Source: Felis catus | Lineage: Eukaryota | Reading direction: 5' to 3' | NCBI RefSeq assembly: GCF_018350175.1 | Contig: NC_058368.1 | Coordinates: 29,638,001 to 29,702,000, forward strand | Length of the DNA: 64,000 nt | Part shown: positions 11,850 through 26,346 of the stretch, piece after piece | How the letters are laid out: the number at the start of each line of letters is the position of its first letter | Position numbering within the stretch: position 1 is the stretch's first letter | Made by a program: the position numbers and the translations under genes | The notes under the pieces: model-generated | Database searches by the model: none | Told to the model about the DNA's origin: nothing | What the model saw: the letters and a program-made list of their open reading frames with translations, nothing else

Positions 11850-12300
11850 TAGAGAGTTGAAGGTGCCTGGAGCCCTTAAATCTGCAACAGTCTTTCTTCC
11901 AGTGTCCTGGCTTTTTACAATAATGGCAGAGACCAGGAGTTGTGGGTTTGTTTGTTTGTTTAGGGCCTCCATTTGTTGGAGCTGAAAGTCAGGGATTTTA
12001 GTGGTGTTCCTTTTAGTTGAATGATCCAGGGTGCAAGGGAGCTGGCTTACTAAATTAACTAAATCTGGAGTGGACATAGTTTCCCATTCCATCCTGGTCC
12101 TTTTAACTAGAAGAGGAAGATCCTGGTTCAGTCCATTAATGAACAGAATTAAAGGCTACCCAGATGAATTCAGCACTTAAAGGAAGACTAGAATTTTCTC
12201 TAAAAACAGTTTGGAATTGGCTGCAGTAATCATGCATGGGTTTATTTGGCTTCTTTATATAGGCCTCAGTCTTGCTCCATTCGACTGTCTCACAATTATG
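11850..12300 (-). pseudogene. ERV gag remnant: capsid C-terminal region and CCHC zinc knuckle
   Basis: CHYCKKPGHWKKDC (CX2CX4HX4C) read at 11928-11887. Capsid-like VEWSKTEAYIKKPNKPMHDYCSQFQTVFRENS at ~12290-12190. Confidence 0.88.
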
Positions 12301-15300
12301 TTTGAATCAGCTCTGTTCTTTCTTTATCAAGTGGCTACAAATGACCCATTTCATCCCCCATGTGACAGTTGCTTGGGTTAGGGGATGTGGGTGGTAGCTT
12401 CCAACTTTGTATCTGCAGTACCTGGTACGTAGGGAATAGGCCCACAGAATTTGTTTGATGATGGTTGCATTTGCTTGTGGGCTTACTGCTGCATAGAATG
12501 TCCTTATTTGCTTCCGTGTATTCTTTAAGTGAGCCCATTGAGAATATTGGGACTCTTAATGAACCTCTCCATTCCATGTCTTCTACAGGAATTCCTTGCC
12601 ACTCCAGCTGTGATGTGGAAGTGCCTTGTTCAGGCCTCTTATGACTCCTCTTACAGTTTCACTGGGTGTAGGCTTAGCTACAGTTCTCTTTTTTACCTTG
12701 TGGGTTCTTCTCAGTTACAGTGTTGATTACTTAGCTTTGGATTTTTTATGCAGAGCTCTGTGCCTTTCACATAGATATTCAAGTATTGGAAGAGTTGGGT
12801 TACTTTTCCCAAACTAGTTTTTTTAAAGTTTACTTTGTTTTTTCTATCGTGCCCCTGAAATTGTTCATTTATTCATCAGTAGAGATAGAATAGTAATTTT
12901 TAAGCAGGTTTCTAACCCATGGCCTTGAGAGCTAAATCTGATTTGTTCTTAATTTATCTACATTACTAGAGGGAATAGCAGTTATATAAGTAATCAAAAC
13001 CATTGTGATATCCAAGTGTTTTTTTGTTCTGTTATTTAATTTTCAGATTTCTTTCTTTTGTCCTAATTGTTTTAAAACCAAAATGTGTGTGTTTTCATAA
13101 AGAAGGGACTGAAATTTACTTTCTAACTAGCATTGTGATTCTTCCAGAAGAATTCTTGAGCCCAGGGAACTTGGGGAGAGTGAAAGAGGCCAGAGATTTA
13201 AAAAGCCAGGAATGGAATTGGTTTGGACATATGGAAAGGTTTGGAAACCAAGAGTGGGTGAGTCCAGCATTTTCGTTTATAAGCATACCAATTTCTAACA
13301 ATATAATCATACCAATCTTTGGATGCAAAAATTTGAACTACTTACTAGTACCTTTTTTTAAAAACCTCCAAGAAGTTTTGAGATTTTGAATACCCCATGA
13401 TCCTCTTTGGTGAGGGTTGCATACTTCATTTTTTTAACAGTGTGAACATCCTTGAGGTCTTTCTGCCAAAAGCTATGTACTTTTTTTTTTTTTTTGAGTT
13501 TTCACTTTAATATAGATATTAGAAAAATATAGGTGAGTGAAAAATACGTAATTCATGATACACTCATTCATTCATTTATTGAGTGCTAAGTATGTGCCAG
13601 ACACTATTTTAAACACTAGGAATACACTGGTGAGCAACCCAAAACTGCCTGCCTTTATAGATATTAGCTCATGAGAGAAATAATCAAAGTGTATGTTAAA
13701 TGATGTTAGTGCTAAGGAAGAAAACTAAATGTTTGAAGAGGACAGATTTGAGATAGAGTGGGGGAGTCTGGATCATGTAGGGCCTTCAGGGAATACAGAT
13801 GAGATCATGGTTGCCAGGCTAGAGCTTGTTGTAGCTGAATATAAAACCCTGTTGTCCTCACTCAAAATTCTATCAGTTGTCAGTCTTTTTGAAAATTTTC
13901 TAATTTTTATCAAATATATATACAGTCAAGTCATATTTACTTTATAAATCTAATACGGATTGTTGTGGAGTTTTACTCTGAATACCTGAAAGTATTGAGG
14001 TGAATGAATTTCATTTCTGGTACAGGACTTCATGGGTAAATGGGAAGCCCTCAGTCTCAGTTCTCGCCTTACGTCTGCCCTTTCCTCCTCACACATTAAA
14101 TTACAGCAGTATCACATTTTAGTGTTGTCTTTGTTTAGCAAAGCTATTTCTTGTCTGGAATATAAGTACAGTTTATAGCAGAAGAGATACGGAGTCAAAA
14201 TTGAATTAAATAGAATGACTGGTTGTGAACAGGGACTTAAGAATAAGTGTGATATGGGGTTTTATGTTTAATAGAATTGTAAAAATCATATCAGCAGGGC
14301 ATGTTTTTATGGCCCATCTGCCAAGACTAGAAATAGCTTTGGTACCTATTACTCCCTTAAACATGTATTTGCATTTTACTCCCCTGTCAATATGAGGAGA
14401 CAAAACAAAAATAAAATCAGAATTTTAGAGCTAGAATGAATCTTAAATGCTATCTAGTCCAAATTTTTGGTTTTACAGGTGCATTTTTTCTAGAGTACAC
14501 TCATAATACTGTTTTCTTCATAACCTTTCTTGAACATAAACTCCCATACATAGTTGGTGAAAGAATCAGATTCTAACTCACCTAAAACTTTATTTCCCCC
14601 AACATGTACTGACCCCAAATATCAGGCAACCAAAAATTAGAGCATTAGTCAGATATTCTGTATAATATATTGGGTAGTGGTTCTCAAACTTAATGTTGAA
14701 TAAGCCTCACCTGGGAGGCTTGTTTTTTCATATGTAGGCTTTCTCGGCTACCCTCCTGAGATTTTGGATCAGTAGGTTTGGAATAGGGCTGGGAAAATCT
14801 GTGTTTTTAATGACCTGGTGATCCTGAAGTGTGTGACCTGGGGCACTGCCTTTAAAAAAAACACCGATTTCAAGGGGTAAAGGAGAAACTAAAGAAGTGA
14901 TGTTAACACTAATCTCTAATGCCTTATTTCCTATAAGTTTCAGAAAAGAATAAAAAGCTACTTGGGTTGTTCCTTTGAAGAATTTTTTCCCTCTTACATG
15001 GATGTAAAGGCACAGGAGAGAAGCTCAGTGATTATTTTTGTTCCTCTTTCATTAGAACCTTAGGGTCATTATGGTAAACTAATGGAATCTATATAACTGT
15101 GTGTTACTGCACATGATGAAAGAAAATGTGTTTCAAACTGAAACAAATTTAGACTATTTGGACAAGATGCTAGCTTATCACTGCTGAGATACTACTAAAA
15201 CTGAAACAGAGAATATTAGAATGCTCAGTATTCATGGAGAGACCTGGCATAGTACTAGTGTATAATGAAGCACTATTTCTTCTTTAGCAACTGGAATGTT

Positions 15301-18300
15301 CTCAGATGCTGCCTGTCTGATTATGCATAGGTGCTAAGTGAATATTAAAAATTACTGGGCTGGCTGAGTAGGTTGAGTAGAATGTGTGTTAGGGTATAGC
15401 CTGTGGAGATCTTTTTTACTGTGTAGTTGTATAGTTAACCCCGTAACTAACAGGCAGGAATATGGTTTTAATTGAAAAGAAACCACTTGCTTTTAAAAGC
15501 AGTATGTTCTGCTAAAAGTTCATGCTTGACTAGTTTATTCCAAGTCTTTGGCTATGTCAGTAGAAAGCTAATTCATTACATAAAGTGTATAATAGTCTCG
15601 GTTAATGGAATATAACAGTTGGGAAGAGAATTTTTTGCAAGGAAATAATCCACACCTTGGAAGTCTGAAGGACAGGAAGCCACCAATATCATGTTTGTTT
15701 GTTTTTTCAAGTAATTGCAAGTAAATTTGCAAATCCAATACTAGCTTTAAAAAAGTATTTAGGGGTTATTTCTTTCAAGCATTGCTACTAAAATTTTTGT
15801 AGCCTGTCTATAGACGAGAAAAAATGAGGTTGAACTTTCTAGCATTCTAATTGCAGGAATTTGATGGGAAGAGAATTTTTGTAAAGGAGTAGGCACAGAG
15901 ACAACAGGACTATGACACAGAACAACTGTGGCGTTATTACTAAGCCTATACAAGGAACTTAAATGTTTTTTTAATAACTTGGTATTTTAATGTAAGGACT
16001 TAGTTACAACTTATACTATTTCCGGTCCCATTATCTATCTGGTGATAACATATACCCTAATGATGACTGACTCCTATATATTTTTTATTTTAAAACTATT
16101 AAGACATGGAAAAAGGTTCAGTGAGCCTAATATCAACTATTCGCTAGGTGTAGGTTATACATGCAATAAATGTATATATAGATGTACTTACCTTTACAGG
16201 GTAAATACCTAAAAACTATATGTGAATTGGTTATTTTGAATGTAAACAGTTTAAATAAAATCTGTAGTAAGTCCTTTTATTGTTGAAAGTCAGGCAACAC
16301 TAACGTTGTTTGTAAATTTGATTCTACATACTCTCATGGGCTTTTTCAAAGTGAAACCTGTATATGCATATGGTAGATAAGCATGCATATATGTACAAAA
16401 GCCCTTTAAAAGGAGTTCACCTTCCTTTTATAAACACCAGAGCTCACTGTGCCTGTAACATGTTTTTGCTGACGTTTGCATCATTGACTTAAGTTTACAC
16501 CTTCATGTTCCAGATATGCTGCTAGGACGATCGGTGCATGTAGATTTTTGTCAACTCCCTCTTACCCCTCAATAAGTCAGTTAACTTTAAAAAAGATTGT
16601 GACCCTTTCTATAAAATAAATGTTCATCAAACAAATCAGCATTATTTAGCTTATGCAGAAAAATTTGTCCCCCACACACGAGGAATTTCTATTTTGTAAG
16701 AATGTAGCTTGTATTTCAGAGTGCAATAAAATCTGGTGTAAGAAATAAACTGTTTTGAGTGGGTTAAGTGATTATTCTGAATGTATTTACTTTTCTAGTG
16801 TCAATTATTTGAGGGGGTGGGGGTGGAAGGGGGAGGTATAAAGATGAGGTTAACAAGTTTTTAAAATGGCAGTAGCCGTATGTTGGCATATTTTAGTTTG
16901 ATACGTTAATGTAACATAAAAAGAACCTACTGGAATCCAGCATGGCCATGTCTTCATTTTCTTTGTGCTTATGCAGCAGCAACTATCACATCTAAGGTTA
17001 TAATAGCCCTTCCAGTCTCAGTCAGATGAGGACCTTGAAAATTAACCTGTGATGTCCATAGGATTGGTTTACAGCATGGCTGAGAATTAGTTAAGTACCT
17101 ATAAAATAGTAAAATATATATACACACACACAGTGTACACAGGGAGTCAAGACGCATCATAGCAAACTGGACATTTCCACCTTTTAGACTGGCCTGGTTA
17201 AAGGTAATCTGGGAATTAGTACCAATGTGTGAGAAGTTTATATTCTGCAGGGTCTTCTTTGACTAAATGTTCTTCCTTTGTACACTTGATTCTTCTCTTT
17301 CAGAGTAGAGTAGACCTTTAGTTTTCTTCCTTGAACATAATTTGAGTCTGTCATGTCTACTCTTAATCCAACCTTGAATCTCTGCCCTGCCCTTAAAACA
17401 TCACTATTTTCCCCCCTATTAAGTTGACTTCCGTGGGTATTTAGTGACTTTTCATAACATAATATAACTCCATTATCAATTATGAAGTAGTTTATTTACT
17501 TCTTATATTTTCATTTAATTATGGTACTTTGGAAAGGGAGCACCTTTTCAAGAGACAGCCTGCCTTCCCTGTGACATGCCTTTCTCCTCACAGAGTTTGT
17601 CACTTGCTCAGTTCTCTCAAGGAAAGGTACCAAGGTTGATCTATCTAAAAATGGAAACTTAACCAGCTCCCTTCTTGCCCTCAGCCTTTCATTGGTTTCC
17701 TATTCCTTATCCATCCAATAAATTCCAAGGTAACATGTAATATAAGAAGTCTTCTGTCTACACATCCATCTTAATATGTTCTGCGTCAACCCAAATGCTC
17801 AGTTCTTCTGATTGTCTCATGCATCTTCACACCTCTGACTTTACTGAACTCCTCCCTCTGCCCAGAAGAATGCCCTTCCTCTGTCTTCTTTACCTTGCTA
17901 ATTCCTGCTCATCCTTGAAGACCTCACAAAGGTATTTTCTTCCTCCGAGAAGCCCAGTTCTCCCAATCTTTGTCAAGGCCTTTCGTGTATGGAGTCGTGA
18001 TTATCTGTCTCTCATAAGACCACAAGCTCTTCCGGGCTGGGATCACAGAGTCTTTTTGTTTTTTTGTTTTTGTTTTCCTTTTTTAATTTAGCTGTAGAAC
18101 CAAGTACAGATTGCTGGACAGTGAGGTTGGAGATGGTAGGCAGAACCATTGACACATATTTACTTAGTTAATAGGGTAACAACCACTTGAAAGACTAAAC
18201 ATGTAAAATTCCTATCTGTGCCAGAAGTAGCTGCTGCCTGAGAACTATTTGACCATTACCTACAGTTGAGCGTGTGTCTTTACTTCGTATCTTTCTCCTG

Positions 18301-19202
18301 CAGAGACCTAACTTGCTGTAAATTCCATTAGATGCAGGTATATGAGCATTCATCTGATAACTAGGTTTAAGAGACTGTAAACCTGTACCAACTTAAACTG
18401 GCAAACATCAGATGTACAGTAATAAGGTTTATTTAGAATATGGGACTATGGTGAGATCATGGTATGAGGACGCTTTTGTCATCTCTCTATCCTTATATTG
18501 TTTTGGAAAACTTTTATTTTCCTTAAGAAAGCTCTCTATTTTTCAAACTGGGATTCAGAACTCAAATGTCAAAAATATGAGATACGTGTTCATTTTTCTG
18601 AGCTAGTATTTCAGTTTGTAAAGACAGTCCTTGATCCTGAGAGACTTTATGTCATTTTAAATAAATAAGCCATTCCTCTCAGCCAGATCTGCCAAGCAGT
18701 ACTGTGAGTCCTATTACTATGAGAGTAGCTTATTGGTAATTGGACTACATCAACAGCCTGATTTGTACTACAAAGATAGAAATCACTCTGCTGCTTCATG
18801 CGCAGTGACCACTTACTGAAAACAGATTGGAAAGGGTATGAAGACCTGCTTTTCAGAATGTCAGTGAAAGTCCTTCCCCACAAGTCTGATTTATCTTTGA
18901 CTTCATTTTCCTTCTTTATCCTAATGCTCTTTCGTATGAGGTGACTCCTAACATAGGGCACCCACCTATTAAGCACATAGCAGCACAAACTATAAATAAC
19001 ACAGTTTCTGTGAACTGCCACTTTGAACTTTATAATGTTTGCTCTCAGGTAAATTACATTATAAGTCCTGTCTTACTTTTTTGTTTGTGTTTTTATGTGG
19101 GAACTTTGGGGCACAGTTGCAAGACTGGGAAGAACAGTAAACGTTGAGAACAGTGGAGGAAAGGCACCTGGGTGGCTCGATCGGGTGAGTGTCTGACTCC
19201 TG

Positions 19203-19367
19203 ATTTTGGCTCAGGTGATGATCCCACGATCAGGGTCATGGGGTCAAGGCCCGTGTGGGACTCCATGCTGAGTGTGGAGCCTCCTTGAGATTCATTCTCA
19301 CTCTTGCTCTCTCCCCACTGCCTGCTCACACTTGCTCGCTCTCTATCTAAATAATAAATTTAAAAAA
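19203..19367 (+). mobile_element. CAN-SINE just downstream of the CNMD 3' end (head begins ~19163)
   Basis: GGCACCTGGGTGGCTC head, CTCAGGT..TGATCCC body and A tail. Confidence 0.85.
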
Positions 19368-19479
19368 ACAAGGGAGGAATTCTGCATAAATAACAACCAA
19401 AACTTAATTATTTTAGCAACTTGATTAAAAGGAACAAGTGTACAATTGAGATCTTTGACATTGTAAATGATTTTTCATG

Positions 19480-19485
19480 TTTATT
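19480..19485 (-). terminator. CNMD: CNMD polyadenylation signal (AATAAA); 3'UTR approx. 19460-19786
   Basis: tttatt on the + strand, about 300 nt past the stop codon in an AU-rich UTR. Confidence 0.75.
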
Positions 19486-19786
19486 TCAAAGTAGCTTGGG
19501 AAGTTAGTCTTATAAGCAGACTTTATAGGGAATGCAAAGCAAATAAAAAACAAGTAATAAAAGAATTGTTACGGCATTTTTTACTTTACCCTTTTCAGTA
19601 CATTTGCACATTCTGGATAAAGTTTTTCTATGAAGCAATTGAGAGATTCTGTTAAAAGTGTCTTGAATAACATCACTCAAATTGAATATAAAATACTTTG
19701 TGGTCCCTTCAGCATGAAGATGCCTCACACTCTGGTGGTCTCTTGAGTTAGTTCTCATGTTTCAGCACCTGCTGTATGGAGTGATT

Positions 19787-20059
<273 letters not shown>

Positions 20060-22485
20060 TTATTTTAAAATAAGATCCTGAATATTTCACTGGTACAAGA
20101 AATAAGTATCACTTTCCGTAAGAAGTTTTTCAGTCTTCTAACCTGATAATTCAGAATTCCTTCTAAAAACTCAACCTCCATCTGTCACTGGCAGGAAGGT
20201 GGTTTTGATTTTTTTTTTTTTTTAATGTCATGAAGTTTCTCCATACCTTTAATGAACCGTAACTCAGTAGTGCCTCGTTTTAAATAGACTAACAAAAAGG
20301 AAAGCATGATTCAAGAGTGTCATTTCTGCCACTGCTAATTTTAGTGGAACACTAGTGCCATTTTGTACTGATGGCCTCCACACTCTTGGAGCATCTTTTG
20401 AAACTCATTGCTAAGCCAACAGATTGCTATTCTAACTGCACTAGCTGAAAACGCTGACGTCTTTAGATTCTGCCTTCATTTCCACATAAGGGGTCTGTAA
20501 CACTCAGGAAAAGGCACCATAAAATATGGAAAAATTCAAGACCTTAAACTTGACTTTCTGATTTCTATGTGCCATTATTATAATTACATAAAATCATGGA
20601 TGGAGTAAAAATCACCTGCAGAGTTCCCATTTTCACTGCTGAAGAGCTCACAGAACTAGAAGCAACTTGCCCTCTGCCAAATTTATGTATCTGGTTTTCC
20701 TGTTCATGGATTTCTAGGGGTACAGATTGTGTAGTATAGTATTGAATTACATTGCCAAAAAGCCCTTAATGTATGTTCTTGATTCAGTTGAAGTCTCCAC
20801 TGAACTTGGGCAGATGCAGCACCAAACATAGGTTAGGCTTGAGCTGAGTGAACCTAGCAAGCCTATCACCTCTTCTGGTATACAAAAAAGTCTTGAATTT
20901 TTTTGGGGGAAGGGGGGTACTTTTTACTATTTTACAGTATATCAAACACTGGAAAGTGGAGAAAACTGTGTACCAAACATCATCTAGTTTTCATAGCTGT
21001 TAACCTTTTGTCAGATTTGCTTGGCTTTTTCTTTTCCGAAGTATTTTAAATTTGGAAGTGACCTTAGAATTGAAGGTATTATGACATTTCACCCACAAAT
21101 ACATTAGAATGCACCTCCAAAACAATATTTTCCCTACACAGCTACACTGCCATTACCGTACCTAACAAAATTAACAATTCCTTAACACCATTTGATATAC
21201 CCTATGTTCAAATTTTGTCACGAAAATATTTGTCTTACTCTCTTAAACCTTTTTTTTTTTTTTTTTTTTAATTCTTCAGGCTCTTCTCATTTGTTTCTCT
21301 TATTTCTTGAACTGGGTTCATCAGGGACTGCAAAAAGAAAACCACCTAATTAATTGATTGTAGCTGACTCTTCCAGGGCAGGGGGAGTCAAAAGCCTGTT
21401 GGTTGTGGCATTTCCTCATCTAATAGTTGAACAAAGGTGTGTTAGGATTTAAAAGCTGGGAGAATCTCTCAAAGATACTTCCTCTCCAAGGATATTTCCT
21501 TACAGAAACTTGTGAAGGATTGAGGTCATGGGGAGATGTTTCTGCTTAAACCTGAGCATGAGATAAAAGGAAAAAACTGATACAATTGGAGTTTTTAAGG
21601 AATTTGGATCACTCAAGTCTGGAGGCAAGGCAGACAGAGTCACATCCTGCCCTTCTGTGACGGGGCTGATGCACTCGTCGCCTGAACCAGATTTAGCTAG
21701 CCCAGCTACCTGGGGAATAAACTATATTAAATTTTCTGTTGGCCTATTCAGATTTTATTTCTTTTTTATTATTTGAGCTTCAGGGAATGAAGTACTATGG
21801 TGTCCTGAATTTTCCAATAGGCCGTGGGTTATTTAAAAAATACATTTTGCTCTAAATCATGCTAAAATTTATTAATCTAAAATGATAGACTAGAAAATAA
21901 GGACTGAATAGGCTAGATAGGAAAAATATGCAAATTAATTGCCTGTCTATGAAAAGATGCTCAACCTTACACATAATTAAAGACAGGCGAGCTAAAACAA
22001 TGAGAAGATACATTTTTACAGCCAAGAGACTGGTGAAGATTTTTTTAAAGTTTGAAAATAAATTAGTCCCTCTCTTTACCACGTGAAGATATGTAGCTGG
22101 CATAATTCCTTGGGAAACAATTTGGCATCCTCCCATTAAAGTAAAATTCTCATCTCCTCTGACCCAGTCAACCCATACGTCAGTATTTATGCTAAAAATA
22201 CATTCCCACATGTATACAAGAGGCATAATAAGACTAGTAATTAACGTTGAGCAAGTTCATGCCTACTGTGCCAAGCACTGTGCTAAGAACTTCACCTGCA
22301 TTACCTCATTTACTCCTTCCCATAAGCCTATAGGACATGTACAAGGTTGTATACTATTAAGAGTATAAGAACAAAAGATAGGGAAATAATTTACATGTCC
22401 ATCAAAGTAGAACTAGTTAAATTTCTGTGCATCTATCCATCCACACAATGGACTATGATGCAGCCATTTAAATGAATGAGGCAAG

Positions 22486-22606
22486 GGGTGCCTGGTTGGC
22501 TCGGCTGAATAACCCAACTCTTGATTCCAGCTCAGGTCATGATCCTAGGGTCATGGGATCAAGCCTCTCACCGGGCTCTGCATTGAGTGTGGAGCTTGCT
22601 TAAGAT

Positions 22607-22677
<71 letters not shown>

Positions 22678-22932
22678 GTCTCCCTCCCTCTTCCCCTTTC
22701 CCTGCTTGCTCTAAATTTTTTTTTTTCCAAATTAAAAGAATTTGGGGCACATGGGTGGCTCAGTTGGCTAAGTGTCTCTTGATTTTGGCTCAGGTCATGA
22801 TCTCATGATTGGTAAGATCAAGTCCCATGTTGGGCCCCACTTGGGATCCTCTGTCTCCCTATCTCTCAGCCCCTCTCCTGCTCATTCTCTCTCAAAATAA
22901 TAAAAACTTTTAAAAAATAATAAAATAATAAA
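22486..22932 (+). mobile_element. Two tandem CAN-SINEs (22486-~22735, 22744-22932) with long (CT)n
   Basis: Two SINE heads. AAATGAATGA flanks the pair. Confidence 0.9.
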
Positions 22933-23784
22933 ATGAATGATGTAGATGTATGTAGAAGATACAGACCAGTCTCCAAAATACTGTATTGTAACTGGAAAGA
23001 AAGCAAGGTACAGAAGTATTGTATGCTCTTTTGTGTTAAAAGTGTGTGGTACACTTTCTTATACAAAGAAATTGGGCAAATAGCTATTGTTAATACATTG
23101 CTCTGGGGAAGGTGTCTGAGGTGGAAGAGAAACACATTTCATTGTATATCCTTTATACTTAAAAAATATATATATATGCATGTATTTTTTCAATTAAAAA
23201 ATTAGTTACAAAAATTTACTACTCTACTTTTACTCCCTTCAGAGTATAGTAATGGTAAATAATATTTTATTGAAGATTGGAAATTTTTAGGACATTAGTT
23301 TCATCCTTATAAACACCAGTTCCCAGTGTTTCAGACTAAGGTGTTTTATCTGTGTATGAGTCTGTCTCCCTCCTGGACTGAGAGCTCCCGAGGGCAGAAG
23401 TTATCTCCTGGCTGTGTGCACAAGGCCTGGAAAAGAGCAAGTTCTCAAAAATGTTGAATGGATGAATAAAGTGGATAAGAAGGGGGAAAGAGAATACGTT
23501 CTTTCTGGATGTTGTCTCTAGGGCACATTCTTAGAAACATTTTTTGAATAATCAAATTCCTGATACGAATTTGTCTTTATGGATTTGCCTGTGACTCAAA
23601 AAAAGGAGAGCACAGAAAACAACTTTGAGTAAGGGTTACAAACAATCTGGATCTCACACTACAGAGACCATGCTTCAGTGTAATCTTACCCTCATTTATT
23701 TGAAAGTTCAAGTAGACCTACTGCCACTTCAATGTTATGTTCAACGGATTTGTCTGAGCATGTCACGAAAACATCAGTACGTAC

Positions 23785-23951
23785 ATGGTAAGGGTTGTCT
23801 GGATTGAAGGGTTCTGAATCCTCTTGAACACTGGGTCTGGTTTCATTATTTGGTTCTCTAGGGCCTGGGTTGCCCCGTGGTGCACTAGGTGGTCTCCTTG
23901 TGGTAGTTGTAACAATTTTTCTTACCAACTCTCTTCTTTCTCTCTGGATTT
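23785..23951 (-). CDS. CNMD: CNMD exon 6: furin site RERR, start of mature chondromodulin, N-glycosylation sequon NET
   Basis: CAG acceptor and GTACGT donor. 167 nt, which restores phase 0. Translation (E)IQRERRELVRKIVTTTTRRPPSAPRGNPGPREPNNETRPSVQEDSEPFNPDNPYH. Confidence 0.97.
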
Positions 23952-24129
23952 CTGCAAAAAACAAAAAACAAAACTAAGTTAATCCATTTATTTGGATAAT
24001 TAAGGAAGTACTGTATCAGGGTAGAAGCATAAATGGATATCAAAAACATTGGGCTAAATATGGAAATTTGTATTGATGATTTTTTAAATAATAAAGCATA
24101 TTTCAGAGTCTTGGGTTAGTAAACAAACA

Positions 24130-24615
24130 GATAACCAGAATTTGGTTTTACAGTCCTGAGACAGGTATTCTAAGGTAGCTGACGAAAATCCATTCTCAAT
24201 CCTTCTTCTTCACTTACCTCTACCATAGGCGCTGAGAAAGTAAGAGAGACCAGATGAAACATTTTGGGCCAGTGAGACGTAAGCAGAATATATTGGCGCA
24301 GTTTCTGGGAAAGCTTTTGCTTTCTTGGTAAAAGAGGACTGGTACAGCTTTCTCTGTCTGGTCTTCTTTTCTTGAGCATACATATATGTGGGTTATGAGA
24401 GCCAATTTGTGACCAGAAGGGATAGGCACAAGGATGATAAACCAGTACGCGATGGGTAGCAAAATGGTAAGATAGAAAGAGCCTTGTGATATAGCTGAGT
24501 AGCTGATAATGCCAGAAACCTCCCTCCACACTTTTGATTGTATGAAAAAAAGTCAACCTGTATCCGTTGAAACCACTGGTGAACAGGTATTCTGTTAACT
24601 TTCAGCCCTGTGCAT
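24130..24615 (+). mobile_element. MLT1-type (MaLR) LTR remnant
   Basis: The 3' end ...AAACCACTG...TTCTGTTAACTTTCAGCC..GCATT resembles MLT1 LTR ends. Confidence 0.55.
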
Positions 24616-24619
24616 TTTT

Positions 24620-26280
24620 TGTCTTTTATTTATTTATTTTTATTTGTTTTTTAAACTTGCATCCAAGTTAGCATATAGTGCAACAGTGATTTCAGGAGTA
24701 GATTCCTTAATGCCCCTTACCCATTAACCACCCCCCCCCCCCGCAACCACTCCAGTAACCCTGTTTGTTCTCCATATTTAAGAGCCTCATGTTTTGTCCC
24801 CCTCCCTGTTTTTATATTATTTTTTCTTCCCTTCCTTTATGTTCATCTTTTGTATCTTAAAGTCCTCATATGAGTGAAGTTATATGGTATTTGTCTTTCT
24901 CTAATTTTGCTTAGCATAATACCCTCTAGTTCCATCCACATAGCTGCAAATGGCAAGATTTCATTCTTTTTGATTGCCGAGTAATACTCCATTGTGTGTA
25001 TGTATATAAACACACACATACACACACACCCCACATCTTTATCCATTCATCCATCAATGGACATTTGGGCTCTTTCCATACTTTGGCTATTGTTGATAGT
25101 CCTGCTATAAACATTGGGGTGCATATGCCCCTTTGAAACAGTATACCTGTATCCCTTGGATAAATACCTAGTAGTGCAATTGCTGGGTCACAGGGTAGTT
25201 CTATTTTTAATTTTTTGAGGAACCTGCATTCTGTTTTCCAGAGTAGCTGCACAAGTTTGCATTCCCACCAGCAGTGCAAAAGAGATCCACTTTCTCTGCA
25301 TCCCTGCCAACATCTGTTGTTGTCTGAGTTGTTAATGTTAGCCATTCTGACAGGTATGAGGTGGCATCTCATTGTGGTTTTGATTTGTATTTCCCTGGTG
25401 ATAGTGATGGTGAGCATTTTTTAATGTGTCGGCCATCTGGATGTTTTCCTTGGAGAAGTGTCTATTCATGTTTCTGCCCATTTCTTCGCTGGATTATTTG
25501 TTTTCTGGGTGTTGAGTTTGATAAGTTCTTTATAGATTTTGGATACTAACCCTTTGTCTGATACGTCATTTGCAAATATCTTCTCCCATTCCATCAGTTG
25601 CCTTTTAGTTTTGCTGATTGTTTCCTTTGCTGTGCAGAAGCTTTTATTTTGATGAGGTCCCATAGTTCATTTTTGCCCTTGCCTCCGGGAGACGTGTTGA
25701 GTAAGAAGTTGCTGCGGCCAAGGTCAAAGAGGTTTTTGCCTGCTTTCTCAGGGATTTTGATGGCTTCCTGTCTTACGTTGAGGTCTTTCATCCATTTTGA
25801 GTTTACTTTTGTGTATGGTGTAAGAAAGTGGTCCAGGTTCATTTTTCTGCATGTCGCTGTCCAGTTTTCCCACACCACTTGCTGAAGAGATTGTCTTTAT
25901 TCCATTGGATATTCTTTCCTGCTTTGTCAAAGATGAGTTGGCCATACGTTTGTGGGTCTATTTCTGGGTTCTCTATTCTGTTCCATTGATCTGAGTGTCT
26001 GTTTTTACACCAGTACCATACTGTCTTGATGATTACAACTTTGTAATACACCTTAAAGTCCGGGATTGTGATGGCTCCAGCTTTGGTTTTCTTTTTCAAG
26101 ATTGCTTTGGCTATTCGGGGTCTTTTCTGGTTCCATACACATTTTAGGATTGTTTGTTCTAGCTCTGTGAAGAATGCTGGTGTTATTTTGATAGGGATTG
26201 CGTTGAATATGTAGACTGCTTGGTTAGTATTGACATCTAAACGATATTCTTCCTATCCAGGAGCATGGAATATTTTTCCA

Positions 26281-26346
<66 letters not shown>

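Larger units (their letters stand above)
1..13400 (-). mobile_element. Decayed class I (gamma-like/ERV1) endogenous retrovirus internal region, gag-pro-pol-env order, heavily interrupted; continues off the left edge; right boundary uncertain (12400-13400)
   Basis: Collinear retroviral motifs on the minus strand: capsid, zinc knuckle, protease, RT, RNase H, integrase and env-like (see sub-features). Many stops and frameshifts. Confidence 0.88.

Noticed and set aside
1..19000. SUGT1 or other + strand coding exons
   Set aside because: No peptide resembling SUGT1 or any other host protein was recognised. The short ORFs derive from TEs or random sequence.
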